Positions 31,289-40,339 of a stretch of DNA of 47,877 nt are shown here, in pieces. The notes beneath the pieces are model-generated. The model had not been told where the DNA came from, searched no databases, and saw only the letters and a list, made by a program, of their open reading frames with translations. The position numbers and the translations under genes are program-made. Numbering within the stretch: the first letter of the stretch is position 1; the number at the start of each line of letters is the position of its first letter. Origin of the DNA: Candidatus Woesearchaeota archaeon (GTDB taxonomy: Archaea; Nanobdellota; Nanobdellia; Woesearchaeales; GW2011-AR9). Where the stretch lies: contig JAGVYX010000035.1 of the NCBI GenBank assembly GCA_018303045.1, positions 1 through 47,877 on the forward strand, given 5' to 3'.

Positions 31289-32257
31289 TTACCGTCCTTC
31301 AGGAAATACATTAAATAGCATCTGAAACTCCCTAATAAATCTCTGGGCAATTTCTTCATCATGAATAATCAGCATATTTTCATCATTTCTTTTATCGCCG
31401 CCGTTGGTGGGGTTAAAAGAACCGGTTATTACTGTTTGGCCATCAATGATAAATACTTTGTGATGCATATTATGGGGATTCAAATCTTTGATTACCTCAA
31501 CACCATTATTCTTCAAGCGTTCAAATTGGGAATACTCGCTGATTTGTCTCGTTTCCATAACACCTTTAACTGGAATTTCATCTAAATTCTTTATTAATAG
31601 AACATCGGCAATTTCTTCGCTGGTGAACGAAAAAGCCATAAAGTAAATAGATTCTTCAGCTGTTTTTAACTCTTCAACAACCTGCTGAATACAATGGTCA
31701 TCAGGGCAGAAATAATTCTCGATTTTAATGCCGGATAAAGTTATCTCTGGATCTTTAACGGCAGTTCCTTTCTTAAAAATTCCCCGCCATAATTCCTGGA
31801 ATTCATCTTCATAATTTTCTGCTAAATACTGTGATTGAATGAGCAGCAAATTATTATTGTTTTTATAAGCATCATTAAAGGTTGGATTCATTGATCCGGT
31901 GGAAACTTTCTCCCCGTCAATGATGCAAAACTTATTGTGCATTAAACCGGACTTATCAGCTTTAACAAAGGATTTAGGAAATTGTTTATAGTAATCATCA
32001 TCGGTTACAATCTTAACTTCCATTGTTTTAGCCTTCTCTAACAGCTTTTCTTTTAATGATTCCAATTCTACTTCGAATAGAGCGCAATGAATAGATTCCT
32101 GCGCTGAATCTAAGAAAGCAATAAATTGCTGTTCGCAATTATCCTGAGGACAAAAATAAAGATCAATCGTTCCTTCTTCTATGGGATCATTATCTTCAGA
32201 AACCAGAAAACCAGCTACGATTAATACTGCCAGAAAACAAAATAAGATTATTTTCAT
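31289..32257 (-). CDS. Secreted phospholipase D-superfamily protein (Nuc-like nuclease/phosphodiesterase) with two HKD motifs
   Basis: HNKFCIIDGEKVSTGSMNPT and HHKVFIIDGQTVITGSFNPT are the two HKD motifs. Each half is preceded by YFCPxDxCxQQ. The N-terminal signal is MKIILFCFLAVLIVAGFLV. Confidence 0.85.
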   Translation of the reverse strand: MKIILFCFLAVLIVAGFLVSEDNDPIEEGTIDLYFCPQDNCEQQFIAFLDSAQESIHCALFEVELESLKEKLLEKAKTMEVKIVTDDDYYKQFPKSFVKADKSGLMHNKFCIIDGEKVSTGSMNPTFNDAYKNNNNLLLIQSQYLAENYEDEFQELWRGIFKKGTAVKDPEITLSGIKIENYFCPDDHCIQQVVEELKTAEESIYFMAFSFTSEEIADVLLIKNLDEIPVKGVMETRQISEYSQFERLKNNGVEVIKDLNPHNMHHKVFIIDGQTVITGSFNPTNGGDKRNDENMLIIHDEEIAQRFIREFQMLFNVFPEGR

Positions 32258-32580
32258 GATTTATCTTTCGGAGCAAGTTCTTGAATTGTTTCTTCTAACT
32301 TGGAAAATCGGCCTTTAGCCCAAAAATCCAGTTGAGCTTCCCGTAAAGCATTTTTATATCTTAGGTTTTCTTTAAGATGAACAATTACTAAGGCTCCAAT
32401 GCTGACTATAGCCCCTGGAATGCTGTCATAATAAATGCTTAAACCGGAACCAATAATGCCGCCTGCTGACAATAAGCCATCAACCAGAGAATCATTCCCC
32501 CGGCAGTTGCAGTAAGCATCCAAGATATATTTACTGGAAGAAGCTTTAACTGGCGCTTCAGGCAGTTGTTCTGTTCCCAT
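32254..32580 (-). CDS. Small membrane protein, translationally coupled to the PLD gene
   Basis: Its stop overlaps the PLD start (ATGA). It has central Gly-rich hydrophobic segments. Confidence 0.5.
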   Translation of the reverse strand: MGTEQLPEAPVKASSSKYILDAYCNCRGNDSLVDGLLSAGGIIGSGLSIYYDSIPGAIVSIGALVIVHLKENLRYKNALREAQLDFWAKGRFSKLEETIQELAPKDKS

Positions 32581-32712
32581 CGGCTAAAGAATGATAGGCC
32601 TAATTTAAAAAGATTGTTTAACTAAAAACAAAAAAAGAATGTATCTTGGGTTAATGATTAAAAGTTGAAAAAAACCAAAAATATATAATCTTTTTTCAGT
32701 TAATAAGCAAAT

Positions 32713-33039
32713 ATGAACCCAAAACTGAATAAAACGATCGTTGTTCTTCATATAAGCGCGGCGATTTATCTGGTGCTAAGTATTGCATCATTAACCGTCT
32801 CACCCAAATACCTTCCTTTTTTAGCGCCCTATATTGCTCTATTTATTGGTATGGGCGTATTTGTAGAAATCGTAATTAAGGGATTAAAAGATAATAAATA
32901 TTGGGCTTGGATTGCCGGTCTGGTGGTTTGTGGTCTTTATATCCCAAGCATCTTCATTGTTTGTGGAATAATTGGATTAATCGGATTATTAAATAAAGAA
33001 GTAAGAACAGATTTTGTTAAAAACAAAAAAAAAAATTAA
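32713..33039 (+). CDS. Small integral membrane protein (3 TM)
   Basis: Three hydrophobic helices are present. Its 3' end overlaps the L15e stop region. Confidence 0.5.
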   Translation: MNPKLNKTIVVLHISAAIYLVLSIASLTVSPKYLPFLAPYIALFIGMGVFVEIVIKGLKDNKYWAWIAGLVVCGLYIPSIFIVCGIIGLIGLLNKEVRTDFVKNKKKN

Positions 33040-33548
33040 CTTCTTAACCCGCGTCCTTTCTTGCCAGCCGAAGTTTTCCCATGGAATACTCTGCTCCAAT
33101 TCTTTCTGGTTTGCAGCCAGGCTAAATTCCGATCCGCTTTAATCACCGGATGATCTGGATCAACTAGAATGACTTCGAACCAGCGATACATTCCATCCTC
33201 AGCTACCCAGTAAGAATTAAGCACGACCAGATTTTTATAACTTTTCTGCGCTCTTTCTTCAGCGATCCATTGGTAATTCTTATCCAGATTTAATCTAGTT
33301 CCAAAACGCTTAGACCTTCGGCCGCCTTTAATTTGTTCCCTTCTGTGCCCGCCGCGAAGAACCCGCTGCCGGACAATGACAAATCCTTGTTTAGCTTTAT
33401 ATCCTAACGATCTAGCCCGATCAATCCTGGTGGGCTTATCAACTCTTACAGTAGAATTTTCTTTGCGCCACTGCAGCAGGCGCTCCCGCCATAATTCATT
33501 TTGCCGCGGGTTTTTCCACAACTTCCGCACATACTTGTATAAACTCAT
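33036..33548 (-). CDS. rpl15e: 50S ribosomal protein L15e
   Basis: [14 protein letters not shown]...[46 protein letters not shown] is the L15e family signature. A GGGAGG SD lies upstream. Confidence 0.9.
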   Translation of the reverse strand: MSLYKYVRKLWKNPRQNELWRERLLQWRKENSTVRVDKPTRIDRARSLGYKAKQGFVIVRQRVLRGGHRREQIKGGRRSKRFGTRLNLDKNYQWIAEERAQKSYKNLVVLNSYWVAEDGMYRWFEVILVDPDHPVIKADRNLAWLQTRKNWSRVFHGKTSAGKKGRGLRS

Positions 33549-33720
33549 GTTAAAGCCTCCCTTCTCTTAAACTTTCAAGGATTCAGGCAAGCAAATACCC
33601 ACATCTCCTTATTTTGGTAGAATAAGATCATATTTAAAAAGATATTGGAAGAAAAATGTCAAAAAAATCGCCCGCCATTGGAGAAAAAATCATATTTTAA
33701 TAATGGCCTTTAGGAAAGAC

Positions 33721-34113
33721 TTACTTTTCAAACTTAGACGAATCATCTTTATGCTTCAATCTAAATTTCCTAGCATTTTTCTCATTAACAAAACGATATA
33801 ACTTGCCATTAATTTCCGCTTCCACCACTTCATCCTCATCCATTAATGGCTCGCCCGTCAAGGCATCTTTGCCTAACTGCCCCCCATCGCTAGCGCCTTC
33901 GGCAAATCCTTCCTCCCATGGTTCAATTTCATCATCTTCCGCCAAAGTTTTGCGGCCTTCTTCAGTTAAGGGATCTACTTCATGCTGGCCCTGCCTGATT
34001 TCCTGCAATAATTTTTCCTCAGTCTCCGATTTGCCGATGCCTTGTTCTTCTTCAGGGTAAAGATCTCGTCCAGATAAATCTTCTTCAGGAATAACTTTCT
34101 TCTTTCGTCCCAT
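33721..34113 (-). CDS. Hypothetical acidic protein (130 aa)
   Basis: ORF only. A TATA-like tttttaaa (minus strand) lies 20-30 nt upstream. Confidence 0.45.
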   Translation of the reverse strand: MGRKKKVIPEEDLSGRDLYPEEEQGIGKSETEEKLLQEIRQGQHEVDPLTEEGRKTLAEDDEIEPWEEGFAEGASDGGQLGKDALTGEPLMDEDEVVEAEINGKLYRFVNEKNARKFRLKHKDDSSKFEK

Positions 34114-34143
34114 AACTTAATTAACTGTTCGCAAGTTTAAAAA

Positions 34144-34183
34144 GATTGCTATCATGGATATGGGATTGCTATCATAGATATAG
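34144..34183. repeat. 2 x 20-bp direct repeat (gattgctatcatggatatgg / gattgctatcatagatatag) between two divergent TATA boxes
   Basis: 18/20 identical, head to tail. Confidence 0.8.
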
Positions 34184-34219
34184 AAATGTATAAAAAATCC
34201 GGGTGTTTTTCTAATAAAT

Positions 34220-34343
34220 CAGAGCCGCCGTTAAATTACGAGCGATTAATCGCTTTATACTGCGTATGCGGGAAGGGATGGTTCCTACGGAAGGGTACCG
34301 CATTAGTCCTAACTTAGCACAAAGCGAGTCTAACGCGGCTCTG
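34220..34343 (+). repeat. Structured element X, copy 2 (candidate ncRNA/leader)
   Basis: The outer stem is cagagccgc(c)gtta / taacgcggctctg. The interior is homologous to 18528-18708. A TATA-like tataaaaa at 34189-34196 lies 24 nt upstream. Confidence 0.6.
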
Positions 34344-34391
34344 AAAAAGAATTATTAGAAAAACTCAAAAATCTGAAGCAAGTTATAAATT

Positions 34392-35144
34392 ATGAGCCTA
34401 AGCTCAGTGTTATGGTCGGAATTTAAGTTTGTTGCAGCTCAAATAAAAAATATTCCGTTATTGCTGGAAAGCCGGGAAGCGCTGATTCCTAGGAAGGAAG
34501 CTAAAGGCGTTTCCATCTACCACGGTTTTGCCGCCAACAATTTTTATTTTCATGACCTTATCAACCGGTTAGAGCAGGAAGGATACTCTGTTCGCGCTCC
34601 CAATTATCGCACTTGGCTAAATATGAATGAAATAGTAAATAAACAGGCCCAGGCTCTAGAACAGATTGTCCAGAGTTCTCAGCAAAAAGAAAGCCTAATT
34701 GGCCACAGCCAGGGCGGTTTAATTGCCGTGCGCTTGGCTCAGTTATATCCAGAATTAGTGGATACAGTCATTTCTCTAGGCGCGCCATTTCAAGGAACTA
34801 GAATGGTTAGGCTAGTTTCTTTCTGCGCTGCTGGCCAGCAGATGCTGCCCGGAAGCGATTTTCTGGAACAAATGGCTGAAACGCCTTTGCCGGCCAATGT
34901 TGTTTTTTATAATATCTACAGCCTTAACGATCATTTAATAATCCCGGCTAAAAATTCTTTGCTCTACAGCGATCTAGCCAGACTTAAGAGAACAGAAGCT
35001 TATAGAACAGAAGCTTATAGAACAGAAGCTTATGATAGGATGCAGGTATACAATTGTCCAGCGCCAGAAGAGATTGGCCACTCCAGATTAATTACTTTGC
35101 ATGAAATGATGATAAAAATGTTAAAACAAACACCGGAACTCTAA
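34392..35144 (+). CDS. Alpha/beta hydrolase (lipase/esterase-like)
   Basis: The nucleophile elbow is LIGHSQGGLIAV, and the C-terminal EEIGHSRL is a candidate His. Confidence 0.7.
   Translation: MSLSSVLWSEFKFVAAQIKNIPLLLESREALIPRKEAKGVSIYHGFAANNFYFHDLINRLEQEGYSVRAPNYRTWLNMNEIVNKQAQALEQIVQSSQQKESLIGHSQGGLIAVRLAQLYPELVDTVISLGAPFQGTRMVRLVSFCAAGQQMLPGSDFLEQMAETPLPANVVFYNIYSLNDHLIIPAKNSLLYSDLARLKRTEAYRTEAYRTEAYDRMQVYNCPAPEEIGHSRLITLHEMMIKMLKQTPEL
34989..35033 (+). repeat. 3 x 15-bp perfect in-frame tandem repeat (agaacagaagcttat; encodes RTEAY x3) inside the hydrolase gene
   Basis: Exact copies at 34989, 35004 and 35019. Confidence 0.95.
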
Positions 35145-35145
35145 A

Positions 35146-35742
35146 TTACAAATAAATTCTCATTAACACGATCACCGTCCCAGCAATTAAGGGCACCACC
35201 AAATTATCATCTAATGTATTTCTGTTAAAATCTATTTGTATAACTTCAGCTGCCATCGCCGCAAAACTGGCTAAAAAAGCTTCCGTAGGCGAAACAAAAA
35301 AGATCGCTCCGCAAAATCCAGCGATTATTCCCGCCAACGTGCCTTCAAACAGTTTTCGGCTCTTTCCATTAAAGATATTTTTCAATCGGCCAATTCCGCT
35401 GCCTACCAAGTGGCTAACCGAATCACCAAAAGTAAGAATCATAATTGCCGCATAAGCGATATCCGGTTCAAACAATTTTATGGAAAGCAAAACTCCCATA
35501 AAAAAGAAAATCAAGCCTTTGCCAGGGAATGTTTTTTTAACTTCCTCCCGTTCCAGATGGTTAAGAAAAAAGCTAAACCCAGGCAGCCAGATTCTCTTGC
35601 TTAAAATACTGGCCAGGATGCCCAGAATGATTAACAAAAATAGGGCAAAAGATGATAGAATCTGATAATAAATTAAGGCTAAAGTTATTACGCCAATAAG
35701 AATATGCAGGAATTTGCGGCAGGCTTCGGCTTTGGTTAACAT
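35146..35742 (-). CDS. Polyprenol (dolichol) kinase / CdsA-superfamily CTP-dependent membrane enzyme
   Basis: Polytopic membrane protein with FGDSVSHLVGSGIGR...KLFEGTLAG, the CTP-transferase-1 family signature. Confidence 0.6.
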   Translation of the reverse strand: MLTKAEACRKFLHILIGVITLALIYYQILSSFALFLLIILGILASILSKRIWLPGFSFFLNHLEREEVKKTFPGKGLIFFFMGVLLSIKLFEPDIAYAAIMILTFGDSVSHLVGSGIGRLKNIFNGKSRKLFEGTLAGIIAGFCGAIFFVSPTEAFLASFAAMAAEVIQIDFNRNTLDDNLVVPLIAGTVIVLMRIYL

Positions 35743-35749
35743 TTGGATT

Positions 35750-35843
35750 TATACCAAAGGACATAAATTTTCGTAAAAATTTAAGCCCTTTGTATATACA
35801 AAAGGCACAAAATTCTGTTCGGAATTTTGAGTCTTTTGGTATA
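35750..35843 (-). mobile_element. TA-flanked MITE (family Z), copy 2
   Basis: The reverse complement matches copy 1 exactly over 49 nt at one end and 18 nt at the other. The central part differs. It lies 8 nt upstream of the start at 35742. Confidence 0.7.
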
Positions 35844-35969
35844 ATGTTTTATAGTTATTTAAATGAATTATGAAAGAGAATTTACTAGCCACCACCCACT
35901 AGACAAACCCACCTAGAATTTATAAAGAACCAAGCAGAATCATGGTTTAGAAAACACACTATCTAGACT

Positions 35970-38837
35970 ATGATCTCTTATTTAAAAGAACCGTATACAG
36001 AACTGCAAATTAAATCTATTTTGCATCCGATTGTTAATAGTTGGTTTTTTAAAAAATTCAAGGCATTTACGCCAGCCCAGCAGTTTGCTGTTTATCCCAT
36101 TCATTGCCGCAAAAACATTTTAATTTCTTCACCTACAGGGTCAGGAAAAACGTTAACCGGCTTTCTCTCCATACTTAATGAATTGATTGATTCAGCGGAA
36201 AAAGGCATTTTAGAAGATAAAGTATATTGCGTGTACGTTTCTCCCTTAAAGGCTCTCGGAGCTGACATTTTTGTTAATTTGCAGCAGCCCTTGCGAGAAA
36301 TGGAAGAGCTGGCCCAGAAAACGTGGGGCATTCGCATTGCCACCAGAACTGGCGACACCACTGCTTACGAAAAATCCAAGATGCTGAAAAACACGCCGCA
36401 TATCCTCATCACTACGCCGGAATCATTAGCTATAGTCATTAATTCTCCCAAATTTAAAGAAAAACTAACCACCGCGCAGTGGCTGATTATTGATGAGATT
36501 CATTCTTTAGCGGAAAATAAGCGCGGAGTGCATTTATCGTTAACTATGGAGCGATTGCAATTATTGTCTCCTGGAATTACCCGCATCGGCTTGTCAGCTA
36601 CCATCGCTCCATTAGATGAAATTGCCCGTTATTTGGTTGGATACCAGGCTGATCTGGAGCGCGACTGTTCCATCGTTGATGCGCAATTAGCCAAACAACT
36701 GGATCTGCAAGTGATTAGTCCGGTTCGTTCTTTGGTAGAGACTGAATATCTGCTAAAACATAACCGGATGTATGAAATAATTCATAACTTAATTCAGGAG
36801 CATAAGACCACTTTGTTATTCACCAATACCAGAAGCGCTACTGAAAGAGTCGTTCATAATTTAAAAGAGATCTATCCGGCTTTTTATAATGATAACAATA
36901 TTGCCGCCCATCACAGCAGTTTAGGCAAGCAAGCCCGGTTTAAAACCGAACAGGAATTGCGCGAGGGAAAATTAAAAGTAGTAGTTTCTTCGACGAGCTT
37001 GGAGCTGGGAATAGATATCGGATTTATTGATCTGGTCATTTGTTTAGGATCGCCTAAATCGGTGGCCAGGTTTTTACAACGCTCTGGGAGATCTGGGCAT
37101 CAATTGCATTCTACCGTTAAATCCAGAATTATCGTCATGGACCGCGACGATTTGCTGGAATGCTCCCTGCTGCTTAAGTCGGCTATTGAAAAGAAAATTG
37201 ACCGCGTGCATATCCCGAAAAATGCCTTAGACGTATTAGCCCAGCACATCTATGGCATTGCCATTAACGGGGTAATTAATATTTATCAGTTATTTCAATT
37301 AGTTAAATCCAGTTATTGCTACCATGACCTGGAATGGGATGATTTCTTTGAATTAATTAAATTCCTCGCCGGAGAATATGTCAGTCTGGAGGAACGCCAC
37401 GTCTATGCCAGGATTTGGTATGATCCGGAAACCGGCCAGATCGGCAAGAAAGGAAAAATGGCCAGAATTATCTACATGACCAATATCGGGACGATTCCTG
37501 AAGAAACTTACATTACCGTAAAAGTAGGAGAACAGGTTGTGGGCATGATCGAGGAAGGTTTCCTGGAAAAACTGAAGCCCGGCGATATTTTCGTTCTGGG
37601 CGGCAATGTTTACCAGTTCAAATTTTCGCGGGGCATGACTGCCCAGGTAAGCAGTTCAGTGAGCCGGCCGCCAACTGTGCCTTCCTGGTTCTCAGAAATG
37701 CTGCCTTTGTCCTTTGATTTGGCTATGGAAATCTCCCGATTTAGAAGATTAATGGAAGAAAGATTTTTGCAAAAGGCTTCTAAAGAAAAAATTAAGGAAT
37801 TTATCCATACTTTCTTATATGCTGATGAAAACTCCGCCGAAAGCATCTACCAGTTTTTCTATGAGCAATTTCATTTCAGCCAGATTCCTTCCGATAAAAA
37901 AATCGTAATTGAATCTTATAAAGATAAAGAGCGGACATATACTATTTTCCATACTCTGTATGGGCGAAGAGTTAATGACTGCCTCTCCCGGGCTCTGGCT
38001 TTTGTTATTGGCCGATCGCAGCATCGGGATGTGGAAATGGGAATTAACGACAATGGATTTTATTTATCAGCCGAAAAGCCGGTCAATGCTTCCCGAGCGC
38101 TGGAACAGCTGCAAACAGAAAACCTTCGGCAGGCGTTGGAAGAAGCCATCGAACGCAGCGAAGTTCTGCAAAGAAGATTCCGCCATTGCGCTGCCCGATC
38201 ACTAATGATTTTACGAACGTACATGGGCAGGATTAAGCAGGCCGGAAGAATGCAGATTGGCAGCAAAATTCTTTATAATGCCGTTAAGAGAATCAGCAAT
38301 CAGTTTCCTATTTTGAAAGAAGCCAGGCGGGAAGTATTGGAAGATGTCATGGATTACCAGCATACTAAGGAAATTATCAGCAAAATTGCTGACAAAAAAA
38401 TAACTGTTTCTGAAGTAAAAACAGGAACGCCCAGCCCATTCGCTTTCGGCTTAATCGCTTCCGGCTACAGCGATGTGATTAAGGTTGAAGATAAGCAGGA
38501 ATTTTTGCGAAGAATGCACCAGCAGGTGCTGGCTAAAATAGCGCTTAAGCAGGGAAAACAGAAATCTAGAGATGAACAACAATTTTCCTATCAGGATTAC
38601 TGGGAGCAAGTTCAGCAGAGGCAAGAACAGGAGAAAGATGATAAAACAGAATTGCTTAAAATGCAGGTATGGAATCTAAAACAAGTTCCAGCGTATGTTA
38701 AAGAAGAATTGATTAAGCTGGTTAACGGCGATAAAATCCGGGAAGATGTTAAAAAAGAATTAACGAAACATCTTGAAGATATAAAAAAAGAATGGCCGAA
38801 GGAGTTGAAGGAAGGGGTATTAATAGAATTAGAGTAA
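35970..38837 (+). CDS. lhr: Lhr-type large ATP-dependent helicase (DEAD/DEAH box plus DEAD_assoc domain)
   Basis: Motifs seen: SSPTGSGKT, IIDEIHS, LSATIAP, SSTSLELGIDIG, QRSGRSGH. A long C-terminal Lhr-core extension follows (955 aa). Confidence 0.85.
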   Translation: MISYLKEPYTELQIKSILHPIVNSWFFKKFKAFTPAQQFAVYPIHCRKNILISSPTGSGKTLTGFLSILNELIDSAEKGILEDKVYCVYVSPLKALGADIFVNLQQPLREMEELAQKTWGIRIATRTGDTTAYEKSKMLKNTPHILITTPESLAIVINSPKFKEKLTTAQWLIIDEIHSLAENKRGVHLSLTMERLQLLSPGITRIGLSATIAPLDEIARYLVGYQADLERDCSIVDAQLAKQLDLQVISPVRSLVETEYLLKHNRMYEIIHNLIQEHKTTLLFTNTRSATERVVHNLKEIYPAFYNDNNIAAHHSSLGKQARFKTEQELREGKLKVVVSSTSLELGIDIGFIDLVICLGSPKSVARFLQRSGRSGHQLHSTVKSRIIVMDRDDLLECSLLLKSAIEKKIDRVHIPKNALDVLAQHIYGIAINGVINIYQLFQLVKSSYCYHDLEWDDFFELIKFLAGEYVSLEERHVYARIWYDPETGQIGKKGKMARIIYMTNIGTIPEETYITVKVGEQVVGMIEEGFLEKLKPGDIFVLGGNVYQFKFSRGMTAQVSSSVSRPPTVPSWFSEMLPLSFDLAMEISRFRRLMEERFLQKASKEKIKEFIHTFLYADENSAESIYQFFYEQFHFSQIPSDKKIVIESYKDKERTYTIFHTLYGRRVNDCLSRALAFVIGRSQHRDVEMGINDNGFYLSAEKPVNASRALEQLQTENLRQALEEAIERSEVLQRRFRHCAARSLMILRTYMGRIKQAGRMQIGSKILYNAVKRISNQFPILKEARREVLEDVMDYQHTKEIISKIADKKITVSEVKTGTPSPFAFGLIASGYSDVIKVEDKQEFLRRMHQQVLAKIALKQGKQKSRDEQQFSYQDYWEQVQQRQEQEKDDKTELLKMQVWNLKQVPAYVKEELIKLVNGDKIREDVKKELTKHLEDIKKEWPKELKEGVLIELE

Positions 38838-38862
38838 CTCTTAAGTAGTTACTTCAGAAAGA

Positions 38863-38872
38863 TTTATAAATA
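38863..38872 (+). promoter_or_regulatory. TATA box (tttataaata) with BRE-like agaaaga
   Basis: It lies 21-30 nt upstream of the ATG at 38893 and is near-identical to the box at 5571. Confidence 0.45.
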
Positions 38873-38892
38873 AACCCCTCTGTTGAATAAAA

Positions 38893-39660
38893 ATGGATCT
38901 AGAAGCTGAAGTCAAAAAGGCGATTGGTAACTGGGATATAAACTTAGTTGGTTTACATTCAGAAAACGTAAGTTATTCTGATTTAGTTAGACCGCTTCTC
39001 TATGGAATTGGTGTTGATATTGCAGAAAAACTAGTTAATGAAATCTATCAGCGCGCCGGCGCAACTCCGCCTAAACAGCTGCTGGACTTAAACTTTCATG
39101 ACGCTGCAACTAAATTTAAAAAGGAATATCTAGTTAGAAATCTAAAAAAACAAAATTTCTCCGGAGTTGATACGGCTACGGCTATCGGGTTGGCCAATTC
39201 CAGAGAAGATGCTCGGGTCAGTTTAGCTGGAATACTTAAAAGGGAGTTTGGCGTTACCGTTAAAAAAATTAAAGATGAAGTTAAAGATTATAAATACGCT
39301 GAAAGTTTCAAAATTAGCGATAGGGAATTGAAAGATTTTGCGGTTCAAGAAATGGAAAGATATTCTTCCTTATTTAGAGCATCTTTGTTCAGAAGCTTAA
39401 TCATTGATAAATCCAGAATTATAGCCAAGCCATTAGTAGAGATTGCGATGAAATATACTGAACAACATAGCCCCGTAGATCTTTTTGATAAGCCTTATCA
39501 TGCAGCTATTGCTGGATTTAAAACGTGGTATTTAATGCAGCAGATAAAACTTAACGGCAGCGGCAAACAGGCCGCTGAAAAATCCGGGCTAAGCGAAGAA
39601 GCCTTTAGACAAGCGATTTTTAATCGGGGCATTAAAATAGCCGAAGTTTTAAGCGATTAG
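38893..39660 (+). CDS. Hypothetical protein with two Fis-type HTH-like segments
   Basis: KEYLVRNLKKQNFSGVDTATAIGLANSRED and WYLMQQIKLNGSGKQAAEKSGLSEEAFRQAIFNRGI resemble HTH_8 motifs (L....gn...AA..LGisr.tl.rk). The assignment is weak. Confidence 0.35.
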   Translation: MDLEAEVKKAIGNWDINLVGLHSENVSYSDLVRPLLYGIGVDIAEKLVNEIYQRAGATPPKQLLDLNFHDAATKFKKEYLVRNLKKQNFSGVDTATAIGLANSREDARVSLAGILKREFGVTVKKIKDEVKDYKYAESFKISDRELKDFAVQEMERYSSLFRASLFRSLIIDKSRIIAKPLVEIAMKYTEQHSPVDLFDKPYHAAIAGFKTWYLMQQIKLNGSGKQAAEKSGLSEEAFRQAIFNRGIKIAEVLSD

Positions 39661-39668
39661 ACCAAACT

Positions 39669-40034
39669 TTGGCCCGCATAAACCTTATAAGGAAACCTTC
39701 CCCTAGACCAAAAATGACCTTAACTTATCTGCAAGCCAAAACAATTCTGGAACAGTATCGTGAAGCTCCCAGAGACAGAGCTGAACAAATCAGATTATTG
39801 CAGTTAGCCGGATACGATCAAATTAAAGGAAGGGGCCTATCCTTGATTCCACAGCAGGAATTATTCCAAGTAGCTAAAAAAACCAGAGAACTGGCGCAAA
39901 GAACTATCAGAGACTTCTTAGTTAACGAAGCTGCGCAAGACCAGTTTCAAAAATTATACGCTTTGTTTGAATTTGATCCTCATTCAAGTTATGCTCCCGA
40001 TCCGGAAGAATTGGAAGCCCGATTGCTGGATTAA
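39669..40034 (+). CDS. Hypothetical protein; start uncertain (TTG at 39669 or ATG at 39714)
   Basis: ORF only. Confidence 0.35.
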   Translation: MARINLIRKPSPRPKMTLTYLQAKTILEQYREAPRDRAEQIRLLQLAGYDQIKGRGLSLIPQQELFQVAKKTRELAQRTIRDFLVNEAAQDQFQKLYALFEFDPHSSYAPDPEELEARLLD

Positions 40035-40060
40035 AAAAAATTAAATTGTTATTCAAAATT

Positions 40061-40232
40061 CTTTAAAGTTTTCCAAGCAGCAATAACGAATTAAGAGGTT
40101 GGCAGTTCTTAGAATCATAATCAGGAAAATACTTTACCGCTTATTAATTTAAAGTTTTCTAAGCAGCAATAACGAATTAAGAGGTTGGCAGTTCTTAGAA
40201 TCATAATCAGGAAAATACTTTACCGCTTATTA
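40061..40232. repeat. 2 x 86-bp tandem duplication (1 mismatch) derived from the 3' end of an M23-peptidase-like gene
   Basis: 40061-40146 and 40147-40232. The minus strand of each unit reads ...YFPDYDSKNCQPLNSLLLLGKL*, compare the real M23 C-terminus ...YYQKRAPLNPLLLLRKL* at 41532. Confidence 0.9.
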
Positions 40233-40339
40233 ATACTGGCAGGAAGGCCTAGAATAGTAGGCTAATATCCTCTTGAATGGGAAAAAAAATACAAAGCTTT
40301 ATATATTATCGTCATATTTTATATGACAGGCGATATAAA

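Noticed and set aside
31426-31493. Diversity-generating retroelement template/variable repeat pair (with 42265-42332)
   Set aside because: There is only one mismatch, no reverse transcriptase in the window, and no adenine-specific substitution pattern.
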